Virus record (IMG/VR): IMGVR_UViG_3300023213_000238
DNA from: a virus
Reading direction: 5' to 3' (one strand)
DNA length: 64,000 nt
The notes below the pieces were generated by a model that was not told the origin of the DNA, did not search any database, and was given only the letters and a program-made list of their open reading frames with translations. The first letter of the stretch is position 1; every line of letters begins with the position of its first letter. Shown here one piece after another: positions 44,837 through 55,805 of the stretch. The translations under genes and the position numbers were made by a program.

Positions 44837-45626
44837 TGGATTGGTGATGCCGGCGGGACCTTCTCTACCCGGCGTAGAAATTTCGAGCTTGACCGCGACA
44901 GACGCTCCAATCGTTGTCGTGGTGGGTGGGTTTAAGACGGGAAAGAGTTGCCTCGCGCCGACGTTGAATGACTGGCCGAAGCCCGGCGGTAAGCCGATCG
45001 TGCTCGCCTGGGATGACGTTGGTCCGGATGCCTGCGCAGCGCTCGGTTATCCGGTTGAACACTACAAGATGAAACGCATGCCGGGTCGCACGCTGCAAGA
45101 AAAAGCGAATCACGTTCTCACCATTCTCGAGAACGCGAAGCGAAGTGGAACGCTCCCAAACACTACAATCGTCACCGACTGTATCTCAACTTTCGGCACT
45201 GCGCTCTTCGATGAGGCGAAACAACAGAACCCTCACTACAAGGATTCACGCAAATACTACGGTGACATCCTTCCGCAGCTGCGTTCGTACTTCAATCGAG
45301 TAAAAGATCTCGGCTTACCGTCGGTGTGGCTTGCCTGGCAGATGGATCCAACAGAGAATCGAATGGGTGGGCCAAATATCCCAGGAGCCTTCAAGGACAT
45401 GCTGCCAGGGATCGCCCACATGGTGCTCGTTCTCGAGTTACGCAAGATCGGACAGGGACAGCCGGGCGCCGATCAGGACGGCAACATTCGGTTGCTCCAT
45501 ACCAGGCCGTGGGCGGGAATCATGGCCGGCGGTCGGTACCGGTTACCAGAACCGCTCTATGCGAACCTCGCTTACGTTTTCGATCTCATCATGGGCAGAG
45601 TGGAGAACCCTGCTTTCGCCAAGTAA
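44826..45626 (+). CDS. Sak4/AAA_24-like P-loop ATPase (recombination)
   Basis: VVGGFKTGKS, IVTDCIS; located between the exonuclease and the SSB-like gene. Confidence 0.7.
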   Translation: MGSNGLVMPAGPSLPGVEISSLTATDAPIVVVVGGFKTGKSCLAPTLNDWPKPGGKPIVLAWDDVGPDACAALGYPVEHYKMKRMPGRTLQEKANHVLTILENAKRSGTLPNTTIVTDCISTFGTALFDEAKQQNPHYKDSRKYYGDILPQLRSYFNRVKDLGLPSVWLAWQMDPTENRMGGPNIPGAFKDMLPGIAHMVLVLELRKIGQGQPGADQDGNIRLLHTRPWAGIMAGGRYRLPEPLYANLAYVFDLIMGRVENPAFAK

Positions 45627-45726
45627 GGAAATCATCTCGCAGTAAGAGGCAGAGCCGCCGTCGGAGATGGTCTCTGGACGGTATAACGTCAACCCCTAAC
45701 TCACTCTCTTTCACAAGGAAGTAAAC

Positions 45727-46428
45727 ATGCAGAACTTTGAAAACACTCCGGACTTTTTCCAGGCGGCACCGCCCGACTGGTATCTGTCTAGATGCATCAC
45801 GGCGGAGCCTCACATTCGTGAGGGCAAAGCCTCGATGATTCACCTCGAATGGGAGATCATCGACACACGGTTCGCCGGACAACGGGCGCACCACTACATC
45901 ACGACCGATGGAAACGTGAAGGGCGGAGCTGCGATTTTTGCAAAGCAGTACCTTCGCGGACTCGGCGTCGACTTCAAAGTGACGCCGACGATCGTCGATG
46001 CAGAACTCTGTCAGGCGCTTCTCGGACGCGAGTATTTCGTCAAGTACGCGAACGACCGGCAGATGTCCGAGGACTCGAGCGGCAAGTACACCATCCCGGT
46101 GACCGCGCTCGATTACGATACGGGCAAGGAAGTTGAACTGAAGAAGCTCGTCGTTACCGGCTACATGTCGCAGGGTCTCTTTGCGAAGCGTCCAGCCGGC
46201 AATGGCGCGCAGACGGGCAAATCCGTGAGCGGTAGCACTGGCGCTCAAGGAGCAACCGCAAGCGGCTCACCTGTGCAGGGTTCGACCGGCGCACTGCCGT
46301 CAAACCCGGCGGGCTACCCGACGCTTGGTGGCGCTCCCGCAGGACAGCAAGCAATCTCGCCGGCTGTTGCAGCGGCAGCCGTAGCTGGCGCGCCCGCGAA
46401 CGGCCGACCTCCGTTCCTCCGCGACTAA
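45727..46428 (+). CDS. ssDNA-binding-like protein (DUF669-like) with low-complexity tail
   Basis: APPDWY..MIHLEWEII..LGV..LLGR pattern; AAGGAAG SD. Confidence 0.55.
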   Translation: MQNFENTPDFFQAAPPDWYLSRCITAEPHIREGKASMIHLEWEIIDTRFAGQRAHHYITTDGNVKGGAAIFAKQYLRGLGVDFKVTPTIVDAELCQALLGREYFVKYANDRQMSEDSSGKYTIPVTALDYDTGKEVELKKLVVTGYMSQGLFAKRPAGNGAQTGKSVSGSTGAQGATASGSPVQGSTGALPSNPAGYPTLGGAPAGQQAISPAVAAAAVAGAPANGRPPFLRD

Positions 46429-46441
46429 CCAGAGCAGTTCG

Positions 46442-46672
46442 ATGGATGAGCACGCGACCGATAGAGCCGAGGCAGAACTCGCACCTCTGTCGGTCGCGCA
46501 GGCTCTCCGTCTAATACAAGAGGAGCTGACCGAGCTTCTTGTGTTTGCAGCAGGTCATCTCGGTCCGCGCGAAAGTCACACGCGCATCATGTCGAAAATT
46601 TCCGCTGCTCTTGATAGAGTGAAGGCGCTTCGAAAGGCCTACGATGAAGCCAGAGACCCACCTACCGATTGA
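46442..46672 (+). CDS. hypothetical helical protein
   Basis: 76-aa ORF. Confidence 0.45.
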   Translation: MDEHATDRAEAELAPLSVAQALRLIQEELTELLVFAAGHLGPRESHTRIMSKISAALDRVKALRKAYDEARDPPTD

Positions 46673-46788
46673 TCCGGATCTTGTCTTCCGCGCATTCATG
46701 CTATTCTGGGCTTTGCTTTTCTTGGTTTGCATCATTTCGATCGTATTCGGAGTCGTTCGCGTAATCAAAAATTGGTTGGAGAACCGAC

Positions 46789-47358
46789 GTGGCGTATGAT
46801 CCGATCGAGGCCGGAGCGCTCTGCAAGAAGTGTCCATTGTGGCAAACGACGACACCGGTCCCGCCTCGCGGCAAAGAGGATGCCGAGGTCGTGATCGTCG
46901 GTGAAGGACCGGGCTACCAAGAGGTCAAATTCGGCAAGCCGTTCATCGGACCGAGCGGGATCCTGCTCGATGAGATCCTTGAAGAGAACGGCTTCGCCAG
47001 ATCACGTTGCTTCATCACGAATGCGATCCTTTGCAGGGCCGAAATCCCCGATGCGCGAGGCAAAGACAAGTTCGACTTCAAGAGCTACATGACGTGGCTC
47101 GGCAAGGAAAACAGCCGGCGCAAGAAATCAGCGAAGGCGAACGGACAGCAGTATGTGCCGCTCAACTCTCCGATCGACTGCTGCGCTCCTCGTCTTTGGG
47201 CGGAGCTTGACTACTTCGAGAGGCGTGCGGTAGAACGCGGGCAGCCTAACGGTGCCGTGGTCCTGGCACTCGGCAACACCGCGCTGAAGGCAGTCGCAGG
47301 ACGCGAAGGAATCATGAAGTGGCGAGGAAGTCCAATCCCGATTGAGAGGAAAGCCTGA
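46789..47358 (+). CDS. family 4 uracil-DNA glycosylase-like domain, N-terminal part (lacks the HP motif)
   Basis: CKKC, GEGPG..E, FIGPSG, TNAILC, CC..RL, VLALGNTA, KWRG then stop. Confidence 0.85.
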   Translation: MAYDPIEAGALCKKCPLWQTTTPVPPRGKEDAEVVIVGEGPGYQEVKFGKPFIGPSGILLDEILEENGFARSRCFITNAILCRAEIPDARGKDKFDFKSYMTWLGKENSRRKKSAKANGQQYVPLNSPIDCCAPRLWAELDYFERRAVERGQPNGAVVLALGNTALKAVAGREGIMKWRGSPIPIERKA

Positions 47359-48392
47359 TGGCGCGCATCGGAGAATGGGCGGTCAAGGTCACGGTTCCGG
47401 CCTCTGGCCGAGTGATCGCGTACTCGAAGAGTCTAACCCGCGCCGGGGCTCTTGACCTGGCCCGCGAGTTCAGTGTAGAAGGGGCTCGTGATCGGGCCGG
47501 GGAAATCCATCCGCCTGCCAGAGTTCTCATCACGATCGGCAAGGAGGACATCTTGGGAGACGCCAGATGAATGATGAATCGGCACCCGGTCGGATCCTGT
47601 GGATCAATCGCGAAGGGACAGTACGCCTTATTGAGGTGATGAAGGACGACCGCAATTACGTCATAGGCCAGCTTATCTTTGAGTATGTCGCTGATCACGA
47701 TGCGCTGGGACAACTCTGTTGGCACAGAGTGCTTACGGTTCCAGATCGTGTTGAATTTCACATCGCTGTAGCGATGCGCAACATGCTAGCGACTCTCAAG
47801 GATGCCGGTAGGAGCTTCGCGCCGTGAGCTTCGAACAGTTCACCTTCGTGCGCGGTTGGATCGAGGAGAAGCGCCGCGCACTCGAGTACGAGCTGCACAT
47901 TCTCGGCCTGATCGAGAAGGTGCTAGATGAGAAATCGACAGCGCCGGGATTCTACATAATGCCAAGCGCTGCCTACGATCACGTCTATGGACGCTTCGAT
48001 CGCGACAAACAGGTCCTTGCGTGGTTCTTCGCCGATGAAACACAAGGTGAGCATGGGCCTTTCGCAACGGAGATCGATGCGAAATTTGCACTCGAGCACT
48101 ACTGCAAAGAGAGCCTAGGAACCTAATGGGAACGAAACAAAATCCTGGTGCCTTCGACTGCTACGTGAAGGCGAAGCCAGACGAACCGATGTTCATTCTG
48201 CTCGCACGGGATCCCATCGCTCCGCTGCTAGTCAGGCTATGGGCCGTAATAGCGACGCTGCCCGAATACCATTGCGAAATCAGCACCGAGAAGTATCAAG
48301 AGGCTCTCGCGTGTGCCGATGCGATGGAAACCTGGCGTTTGATCCAGATGATCAAACGGGATTCGACGACGAAGGATCTAGGCAATGAGTGA
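47358..48392 (+). CDS. four small coupled hypothetical genes (47358-47570, 47567-47827, 47824-48126, 48126-48392)
   Basis: Stop/start overlaps; the last has KAKPDEPMFILLARD. Confidence 0.55.
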
Positions 48393-48981
48393 GCAAATAC
48401 CGCAACCGCGCTTCCAGTGCGATCAGTGGGTGGTTGTTTCAGTCAAGTCTCCCTACGGTCCCGCCTGGTCCCGGTGCCTTAAAGATCTCAACCACGAAGG
48501 AAAATGTGAACCTGGCCAATCGGCTCATGACAATTCGGGTGATCGAGTCAAGGAGACGAACCCGAAAGATGCTGTCGGGATCGCGAAGGTTCCTTTCTCG
48601 ACTGTTCCTGCACAGGTCGTTGCAGAGGTCGGCCTTGCGATGCTCGAGGGTGCCAGGAAATATGGCCGGTATAATTACCGCGTTGCCGGCGTCAAAGCAT
48701 CCGTCTACTACGACGGGAACTTTCGACACATGACAGGTTGGTGGGAAGGTCAGGATATCGATCCTGATAGCGGCCTCAATCACATCACCAAAGCGATCGC
48801 CGATCTTACCGTCCTTCGCGACGCCATGATCAATGGCTTGTGGGTAGATGACCGGCCGCCGAAGGTGAAAGACCAGGATTGGATCGCCAAGCTCAACCTA
48901 GATGCCAAAGGGATTATCGAGCGGTATCCGGATCCAAAAGAGCCCTTCACCGAGATCAACAAAGGAGATAGAAAGCCGTGA
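48385..48981 (+). CDS. dATP/dGTP diphosphohydrolase-like (DUF5664) protein
   Basis: NPKD..K..VP..GARKYG.YN..RH..W.G..D.DSGL.H..KA. Confidence 0.8.
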   Translation: MSEQIPQPRFQCDQWVVVSVKSPYGPAWSRCLKDLNHEGKCEPGQSAHDNSGDRVKETNPKDAVGIAKVPFSTVPAQVVAEVGLAMLEGARKYGRYNYRVAGVKASVYYDGNFRHMTGWWEGQDIDPDSGLNHITKAIADLTVLRDAMINGLWVDDRPPKVKDQDWIAKLNLDAKGIIERYPDPKEPFTEINKGDRKP

Positions 48982-49526
48982 GCTGCGTTCTTCAGCAGTG
49001 GGTGCAGAATCTCTCGTTCATGCAGCAGAGCGTGTTGCTTACTGCGATGCGCGGACCGGATGGCGTCGAGAAGAATCACGTCTCGAAGCTACTGATCCGC
49101 TGGCTTCGCCGATGCGTGCTCTACTCTGCTTTCGAATCGTTGCAGAACGGACAGCCCTACTTCTTCGTGACACCATATCGGACGGGTGGCGGGTCGTTCA
49201 CCGGACCTTCTTGCAACGATCCCGAGAAAGATAGCGGTCTGACTTGGGAAGTTCTCATGGACCGCGTACTTGAGCGGTACATGGAAAGTCTCGATGCTGT
49301 CCCGCATCACTTTCAGCTGCACTTCATGCACGCAGCTGAGATCATCGGGTACAAACACCCGACCACCACGATTTCGATCTGGTGGAGTCACGCCTATTAT
49401 CGGCTCGTGAGGGATATGCACCTGGAACCGGAAACGAAGGCCAAGATGGACAAGCGCCTCGGTGACATCGAGAAGAATTGGCGCGATGCTGAAGAGGTCA
49501 CAGCGAAAAACCCATGCCCGAAGTGA
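48978..49526 (+). CDS. hypothetical protein
   Basis: GTGA overlap; His-rich helix PHHFQLHFMHAAEIIGYKH. Confidence 0.6.
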   Translation: MSCVLQQWVQNLSFMQQSVLLTAMRGPDGVEKNHVSKLLIRWLRRCVLYSAFESLQNGQPYFFVTPYRTGGGSFTGPSCNDPEKDSGLTWEVLMDRVLERYMESLDAVPHHFQLHFMHAAEIIGYKHPTTTISIWWSHAYYRLVRDMHLEPETKAKMDKRLGDIEKNWRDAEEVTAKNPCPK

Positions 49527-49762
49527 CTGAAAAGATCGTTCTACCGGTTTGCTGGCCCTGCTTTCAGATGAAAGTAAAGGGTCGTCCTGTTTCAGCAGCG
49601 CCCGAGCCGGAGGATCCAGAGTATCCGGAATGGGCCAAGCTGTGGGTCGAATGGTTCAAACAACGAACGGCGGTATCGTCGCATCCGTGCCACTTCTGCC
49701 ACGCCTCGACGCGTACTTGCCTCTCATTCCGCTATGAAGCGCCTGCTACCATTCTCCCGTGA
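49514..49762 (+). CDS. small Cys-motif protein
   Basis: CWPC..CHFC. Confidence 0.4.
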   Translation: MPEVTEKIVLPVCWPCFQMKVKGRPVSAAPEPEDPEYPEWAKLWVEWFKQRTAVSSHPCHFCHASTRTCLSFRYEAPATILP

Positions 49763-51563
49763 CCTCGAGCTGCCGACCGCGGCAGTGACGCAGAAGTTCG
49801 CGATCCTCGGGACCTCCGGGCATGGCAAGACCTACTCCGCCATGCGTCTCGCCGAGCTGATGCTCGAGGTCAATGCGCAGGTTATCGCGCTGGATCCGGT
49901 CGGTCCGTGGTGGGGGCTTCGCGCGTCGGCGAGCGGTAAACGCGCCGGCTTTCCGATCACTGTCTTCGGCGGTGACCACGGCGATCTACCGCTAACGCCG
50001 GAGTCCGGCGCTCTCATCGCCGATGTCCTTGTCGATCGATCGATCTCTGCGGTTTTGGATATCTCGCAGTTCACTACTGCCGAGACGAAGCGGTTCGTTC
50101 GGGATTTCGCCGAACAGTTCTTCCAGCGCAAAAAGCGACCGGGCGGATCGTCGCCGGTTCATATCTTCTTCGAAGAGGCACAGACCTTCGCGCCTCAGAT
50201 GCCCGAGCGCGACGAGGGCGTGATGCTCAACCGCGTCGAGCGTCTACTGAAGATCGGCCGCAACTACGGAATCGGCTGGACTCTCATCTCCCAACAGCCA
50301 CAGGCAGTCCATAAGCGGTGCCTCAATCAAGCTGGTACCGTGATCGCAGTCGCGACGATCGGCAAGCATGAAAAGAAGGCGATCTTCGAATGGGTCAATG
50401 ACAAGGTGACCAAAGACGAAGATCTGAATCTGCTCGATAATCTTCCCTCCTTGGAGATCGGCAAGGCGCTTGTGTGGAGTCCAGCGTGGCTCCGCATTGC
50501 GCGGCTCGTTTACATCTCGAAGAAGATCACCTTCGATAGCTCGGCGACTCCCGAGTTCGGCGCGAAGGTCAAGGCGCCGAAGAAGCTCGCGCCGGTAGAC
50601 ATCAAGGCCCTCAAGGAAGCGATGAAAGGGCTTGTCGAGAAGGTTCAAACGGGTGATCCAGCCTGGCTACAGAAGCGGATCAGCGAGCTTGAAGCCGAGC
50701 TGTCACAGGCCAAGAAGCAAAAAGTTCAAGAAGTCGTCAAGGAGGTCTCGGTCTTGAAGGAACAACACGTCAAACGCCTCGAGAAGGCGATCGAGCGCAT
50801 GAAGAGTGTCGCCGCCGGCATCGACAAGGCAGCAGGCGACATCCAGTACGCGATTGGTTTCGCGCTCGGCAAGGAACCACTACGGCTGGAACGGCTAGTA
50901 AAGTCGAGTCCGCAGATACTTTCAGATTGGAACACGCCGGGGACCGCCGCACACCGAGCCATGATGATCGGCGAGATCCCGAAACCGCCACCCGAGTATC
51001 GCACCACAACGTCTGATGCTCTCAAAAAATCAGTCCATGCTCTAGCGGATCAATCCGAGAAACGCCAGAATGGTGCAGTCGCGATCAAGAAAGGCGCTCG
51101 CACCATGCTCATTGCCCTCTCGAGACGGCAGGGGATGTGGGTTAGCCGCAGCGCGCTCGGCGTTCTTGCCGGACTATCCTCGAAGAGCGGCACCTTCTCC
51201 TCCTACTTGTCAGCGCTGCGCAGCACCGGCCTCGTCTTGGAGCACAATGTCAATGCGGATCTCCAGATCTCGAAGGCCGGTCTCGAGTTCCTCGGGCCGC
51301 TGGCGCAGACGAAACCGGCTTCTACACAAGAGCTGATCGCCGTCTGGTCGCAGGCTATCAAGAAAGATGGCGCACGACGGATGCTTCACCGGCTTGTGGA
51401 ATGGTATCCGGTCTGGGCTCAGCGCGATTATCTCGGTTCAGCTACGAACATTTCATCGACGAGCGGTACGTTCTCAGCTTATTTATCGATCCTCCGGTCC
51501 GCCGGCCTGATCGAGGAGAAAGGTCAAGAGGTCAGAGCGAACCAAGCTCTCTTCATTTCCTGA
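49734..51563 (+). CDS. HerA/FtsK-like (DUF87) ATPase with coiled coil and two C-terminal wHTH-like repeats
   Basis: ILGTSGHGKT, LDPVG, FFEEAQ, GRNYG, ISQQP; SKSGTFSSYLSALR / STSGTFSAYLSILR repeat. Confidence 0.85.
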   Translation: MKRLLPFSRDLELPTAAVTQKFAILGTSGHGKTYSAMRLAELMLEVNAQVIALDPVGPWWGLRASASGKRAGFPITVFGGDHGDLPLTPESGALIADVLVDRSISAVLDISQFTTAETKRFVRDFAEQFFQRKKRPGGSSPVHIFFEEAQTFAPQMPERDEGVMLNRVERLLKIGRNYGIGWTLISQQPQAVHKRCLNQAGTVIAVATIGKHEKKAIFEWVNDKVTKDEDLNLLDNLPSLEIGKALVWSPAWLRIARLVYISKKITFDSSATPEFGAKVKAPKKLAPVDIKALKEAMKGLVEKVQTGDPAWLQKRISELEAELSQAKKQKVQEVVKEVSVLKEQHVKRLEKAIERMKSVAAGIDKAAGDIQYAIGFALGKEPLRLERLVKSSPQILSDWNTPGTAAHRAMMIGEIPKPPPEYRTTTSDALKKSVHALADQSEKRQNGAVAIKKGARTMLIALSRRQGMWVSRSALGVLAGLSSKSGTFSSYLSALRSTGLVLEHNVNADLQISKAGLEFLGPLAQTKPASTQELIAVWSQAIKKDGARRMLHRLVEWYPVWAQRDYLGSATNISSTSGTFSAYLSILRSAGLIEEKGQEVRANQALFIS

Positions 51564-52467
51564 TGGCACTCTCAGAAGACATCTACCGCCTCGCTTATCG
51601 GATCGACCGCGATGCAGAGATCATGTCGTATCCGGTTCTGCTCGAATCGGTTCACTGGCTCTGTCGCCAGGTCGCGCAGTTCAAAGAAACTAGCGAGCTA
51701 GAGCTGTTCAAGACTCGCGACAGGCTAATCCGCGAGAAGGCTCTCGACGAGGCAATCTTCGCGGTGCGGCGTGAAATCATTAACTGCGCCTGCATTCTCA
51801 AGATGGAAAAGGACTCCTGCGAGAGTTGCAAAGCGTGCGGCCGTCTTGAAGAGAAGCTCCTCGCGTTGCGCGATAGCATATCGGTCAGTAGATCGGAAGC
51901 CTGATGCTCATCTCGCGGTTCTCGGAAGCCGGCACCTCGACGCATTACCGCCGCTGCGATGTTGAGAAGAGCGGCGGATCATGCAACACGATCGCGCGTG
52001 CCCCGAACAAGCACGATTTGCCGGCCGGCTGGATCAGAACCGTTTACGGGATCGTGAATCCGACGGTCAATGATGTATGCCCGTCCTGTGGCGAGAAAGC
52101 TTTCGGGCTTGCCAAGCTCGACGAGAAAGGGTAGGTTCGCGCTATGGGCCTCATTCGCTACACGATCGATGCGGAGTGGGAATGCGACGGCTGCCGCAAG
52201 AACGAAACCGTCCACAGCGAAGGAAACCGCGACACCGGGGCGACGATTCAGCCGAAAGACTGGCATCAAAATCCGCGCTTCAATACAGCCGGTTGCTCCG
52301 ATAAGTGCTGGGGGCTTGTCGAAGCGGCAACGAATGAGGTGGTCAAAGAGGTTCAGATGCGCCTCGCCCCTGAGATTGAGCGCCGCTTGCGCGATGCTCT
52401 AAACGACCTTCAGGTCGTTCCGATCGAGGAACTCTTCACGAAGAAGGAACCGCCGAAGAAGAATTGA
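51563..52467 (+). CDS. three hypothetical genes (51563-51904, 51904-52134, 52144-52467), Cys-motif rich
   Basis: TGATG overlaps; CxxC motifs. Confidence 0.55.
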
Positions 52468-52468
52468 G

Positions 52469-53179
52469 ATGAGCAACGTCGATCAGCACAAGACGTGGTC
52501 ACAGACGGTCAGCGGGCTCGCTGTCTATCCGCTCAATCTCGATCCGGACTTGATCGATCTCCATGATATCGCCCACCACACTGCGCGGATCTGTCGCTTC
52601 CTCGGTGGCGTTGACGTCGACCTCTACAGCGTCGCCGAACATTGCGTTCGCGTCTCCTGGAGAGCCGAAGAGTTGACTCAAAAGAGATGGAAAGGCCAGG
52701 GTCCGTTTGTTGACGGCGCACGGATCGTCGAGCACATCAACTATAACGCTCGCTGGGGCCTCCTCCACGATGCGGCCGAATACGTACTCGGCGACATCGC
52801 GCGGCCGATTAAGGTTCAGCCCGGCTTCGATCCCTACCGGCTCATCTATGAACCGGATGTTCTAAAGAAGATCGTTGAGCGGTATGGCCTCGAGTGGCAG
52901 ATGCCTTCCTGTGTCCACCAGGCCGACTATGAGCTTTGCTCGACGGAAGCTCTCGAGCTGAAGGCGCCAGTGCTGCGCGCATGGCGCGAGCGAATGGTCG
53001 GAGTCGAAAAACCGCTACCGAAAAGTAGCTTCATCCGCCAAAATATGGGATGGTCCGCACGCGTGGCGGAGCGGCGGTACCTCGAAAGGTTCTTTCAACT
53101 CTGGCCAAAAGAAACCTATCGATCGGTGCGAGCACGAAAGGGTTCGCGACGGAGAAGCAAATGCAAGATCATGAAGTGA
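52469..53179 (+). CDS. HD-domain 5'-deoxynucleotidase (YfbR/DatZ-like)
   Basis: IAHH..ICRF.G, YSVAEHC, LLHDAAE..GDI..P.K, ADY. Confidence 0.85.
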   Translation: MSNVDQHKTWSQTVSGLAVYPLNLDPDLIDLHDIAHHTARICRFLGGVDVDLYSVAEHCVRVSWRAEELTQKRWKGQGPFVDGARIVEHINYNARWGLLHDAAEYVLGDIARPIKVQPGFDPYRLIYEPDVLKKIVERYGLEWQMPSCVHQADYELCSTEALELKAPVLRAWRERMVGVEKPLPKSSFIRQNMGWSARVAERRYLERFFQLWPKETYRSVRARKGSRRRSKCKIMK

Positions 53180-53232
53180 GCAGTGGAAGTGGACCTCACT
53201 GGGCGAAAAAGGATCTAGCGCAAGAAGCGACT

Positions 53233-53678
53233 ATGTCGCTGCTTACATCCATCATCACGGGTACGCTCATAGCGATCTTCAGCGGAGGAATTGCCGCTGT
53301 CGCACTCAGTCCGTGGATCGACATCTCCTGGTGGCGTGCTGCGCTTCTCGTGATCGCATTTCGTGTCTCTACCGGGAAAGCATAATGCTACTGTTCGCCA
53401 GCCTCTGCGTCACCGGGGGCCTTACCTATGGGCTCTGCCTTGCGATCATTTTTGTACTCAATGCGAGTAGAATCAAAAAGCATCAGAAAGACGCGGTGGA
53501 GCGGTTCATGCGCCAGCTTGATGAGGCCTCACATCCGAATGGATATCCGGTAACCGCGCGGATCGTGACCACCGAGATGGCGGATCGGTTTCTCGCCGAC
53601 TTTTTCAACCCGCCATCTGAATCGAAGCCGAAACCACCGAAGATGAGCCGGCAAGGGCCGTTGAAGCTTATCCCGTGA
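53233..53678 (+). CDS. two small membrane proteins (53233-53385, 53385-53678)
   Basis: Hydrophobic N-termini; TAATG overlap. Confidence 0.5.
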
Positions 53679-53679
53679 T

Positions 53680-55170
53680 ATGACAGCCCCCTGGCAAGAA
53701 CGGCGTTACCGGCGTCTGCAAATAGTTCTTGCGAAGACCGCAGGCAAAATGAAGGATCCAGAACCTATGAGCAAAGCGAAACCCGCCGCAGTAGCACCAG
53801 CACCCGAGAAGCCAAAGCTTAAAATACTCGGAGATCAGCCACCGCCGTGCCGGCATGCGGAGGCAGTCATCGTGACCAAGTTGCAAGATGGTACGATCTT
53901 CCGCCGCCTCGTTCCGGGGCATAGCTGCATCTATGTCGACCGACGCAATGCACTGATTCCTGCGGCCGAACGATTGGCGAACAAGCAGGTCGCCAAGATC
54001 GCTCCGAAATTCATGGAGCGGCCCGCGGCGCACCCGTCGTGGACTAAGCTCTTCCTCGCTGCAATGGATCAGCTCTGGGCGGAGGCGAATACCTCACTCC
54101 CGCCCGACGGCGGAGGCAATGGCGCACCAGCTCTGCCTGGTTCTGTCCGCTACGCGCTCGACCAGATCGAGCGCCGACAGCTTCAGTGAACTCGAGCAAA
54201 GACAGGACCGTGGAGATCGAGGCGTATTGCCTCCATGCGACTGATGCAGCGCTTCTCGTTGAAGTCGACGGCGAGGAGATCTGGATACCAAAGAGTCAAA
54301 TAGACCTATCGGTGTCCGAGGTAACAGGCGTAGGAGATCGTGGAACCTTGGTGATAACGCGATGGATCGCACAGAAGAAAAACCTAATCTGACTCCTTGG
54401 CTCTGGATCAAGGCGAGAGGCTTCAAAGGCCATTTCTGCACGACCGAGCTTCGTGACAGCCTCACAGTCGAGTTGCTCGGGCGCAGCGTCTCTGACGCGC
54501 TACTTGATGTCAGAATCGTTGAGGAGGCCTGTATCGACCTCGGCGGGATGTGGTGGATGGGTAACACGCACCAACGAATCGAGATCGGCAACATGGTTAT
54601 CGCTGTGCCGACGCGCGACTTCGAGGGCGTTCTCCACGAGTTGCGCGAAGCTCCCGTCCGTTACTTTCAGAACGATCAGCCGTACTACAAGGTTCACGGA
54701 TACTGGGACTGCGTCGTTCTGACATCAGCGCAAAAAACAACTCTCCTTGCCGCGATGGTCGAGATGTTGCCGACCGTTCGCGTCACGGCGAAGGAAGAGG
54801 ATGAAGGATTCGGCCAGAGCCTCAAGCTGGCCAACAAGAACCACGAGGTGACGTTCATCTCGCGGCGTGATCCAGAATCGATCAAGAAGGCGAAGGCGGA
54901 GGGCATTATCCAGGTGCAACCAATCTCCGGCACCGTGAACGGCGAGAAGAACTAATGCCCCAGGCCAGCCAAACGCTCCGCGAGAACATCATCCGTCGAT
55001 TCGGAGACCTCGACACACGTGGCCCGATAGCGTTCCTCGCGAACGCTGGCTATTCTATCGACGAAAATTTTTTCATCGTCACCGACAAAAACCGCGCGTT
55101 AACCGCTGACGAGGAAGAGTGCGTCCGGTTTCTGATTGATGAGTGGGATTTCTCTTGGAGAGACTTTTAA
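53680..55170 (+). CDS. four hypothetical genes (53680-54189, 54186-54392, 54362-54955, 54955-55170)
   Basis: Coupled ORFs; the second is a small beta protein with TDAALLV..WIPKSQI. Confidence 0.55.
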
Positions 55171-55805
55171 TGGCGTATGACGCAGAGTTCTATCGGCTCT
55201 ATCAGGAGTACCTCGCTGAGCCGCACGTCAAAGAGGCGCATCGTCGCGCCTTACGGCTACTCCATTTTCCCGTTTCCCGTCTACTCGAGCTTGGATCTGG
55301 CGGGAAAAACAGTCCGGAATCTCTCCGGCATTTCAAACTCAACCATCTCTCGATGGGAATTCACTACGTCGGGATCGACGTCAACGCGGAGAATACGAGA
55401 TCTTTCGTGTTTGATAGCGAACTCATATTCATTCAAGGCGACTACAGAGACATAGAGTTCTGGCATCGAACAGTCAAAAAGTTCGAGCTGAACAAGTTCG
55501 ACACGTTCTTTAGTCTCTTTTCCACCGAGATCACCGCTCCTGTATCTCAGAATTACTCGCTCTATCGATCTCTCTTCAGAGAGACTGACCTCCGGCAGGG
55601 CCTCGTCTCCGGCTTCTACTACTCGGACAAGCTAGATCAGAATCCGATCGAGGAGGCCGGCGGGATCACGAGCTATCAAACGCTCGAGCCGATCGAGAGC
55701 GACCGCTGCCCCGAATTCACCGAGACTCGCCTGATCATGCACGTTCCATCGAAACTCTTCGGAAAGAACGTCTACGAGGTATGGAAGCTCTTTCTCAGAA
55801 GGTGA
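55170..55805 (+). CDS. class I SAM-dependent methyltransferase-like protein
   Basis: LLELGSG, YVGIDVN, IQGD, FDTFFS; start moved to ATG 55170 (TAATG overlap). Confidence 0.6.
   Translation: MAYDAEFYRLYQEYLAEPHVKEAHRRALRLLHFPVSRLLELGSGGKNSPESLRHFKLNHLSMGIHYVGIDVNAENTRSFVFDSELIFIQGDYRDIEFWHRTVKKFELNKFDTFFSLFSTEITAPVSQNYSLYRSLFRETDLRQGLVSGFYYSDKLDQNPIEEAGGITSYQTLEPIESDRCPEFTETRLIMHVPSKLFGKNVYEVWKLFLRR

Noticed and set aside
48385-53179. Calling this a Z-base (2-aminoadenine) genome
   Set aside because: No PurZ-like gene is in the window, and these hydrolases are common in phages with ordinary DNA.
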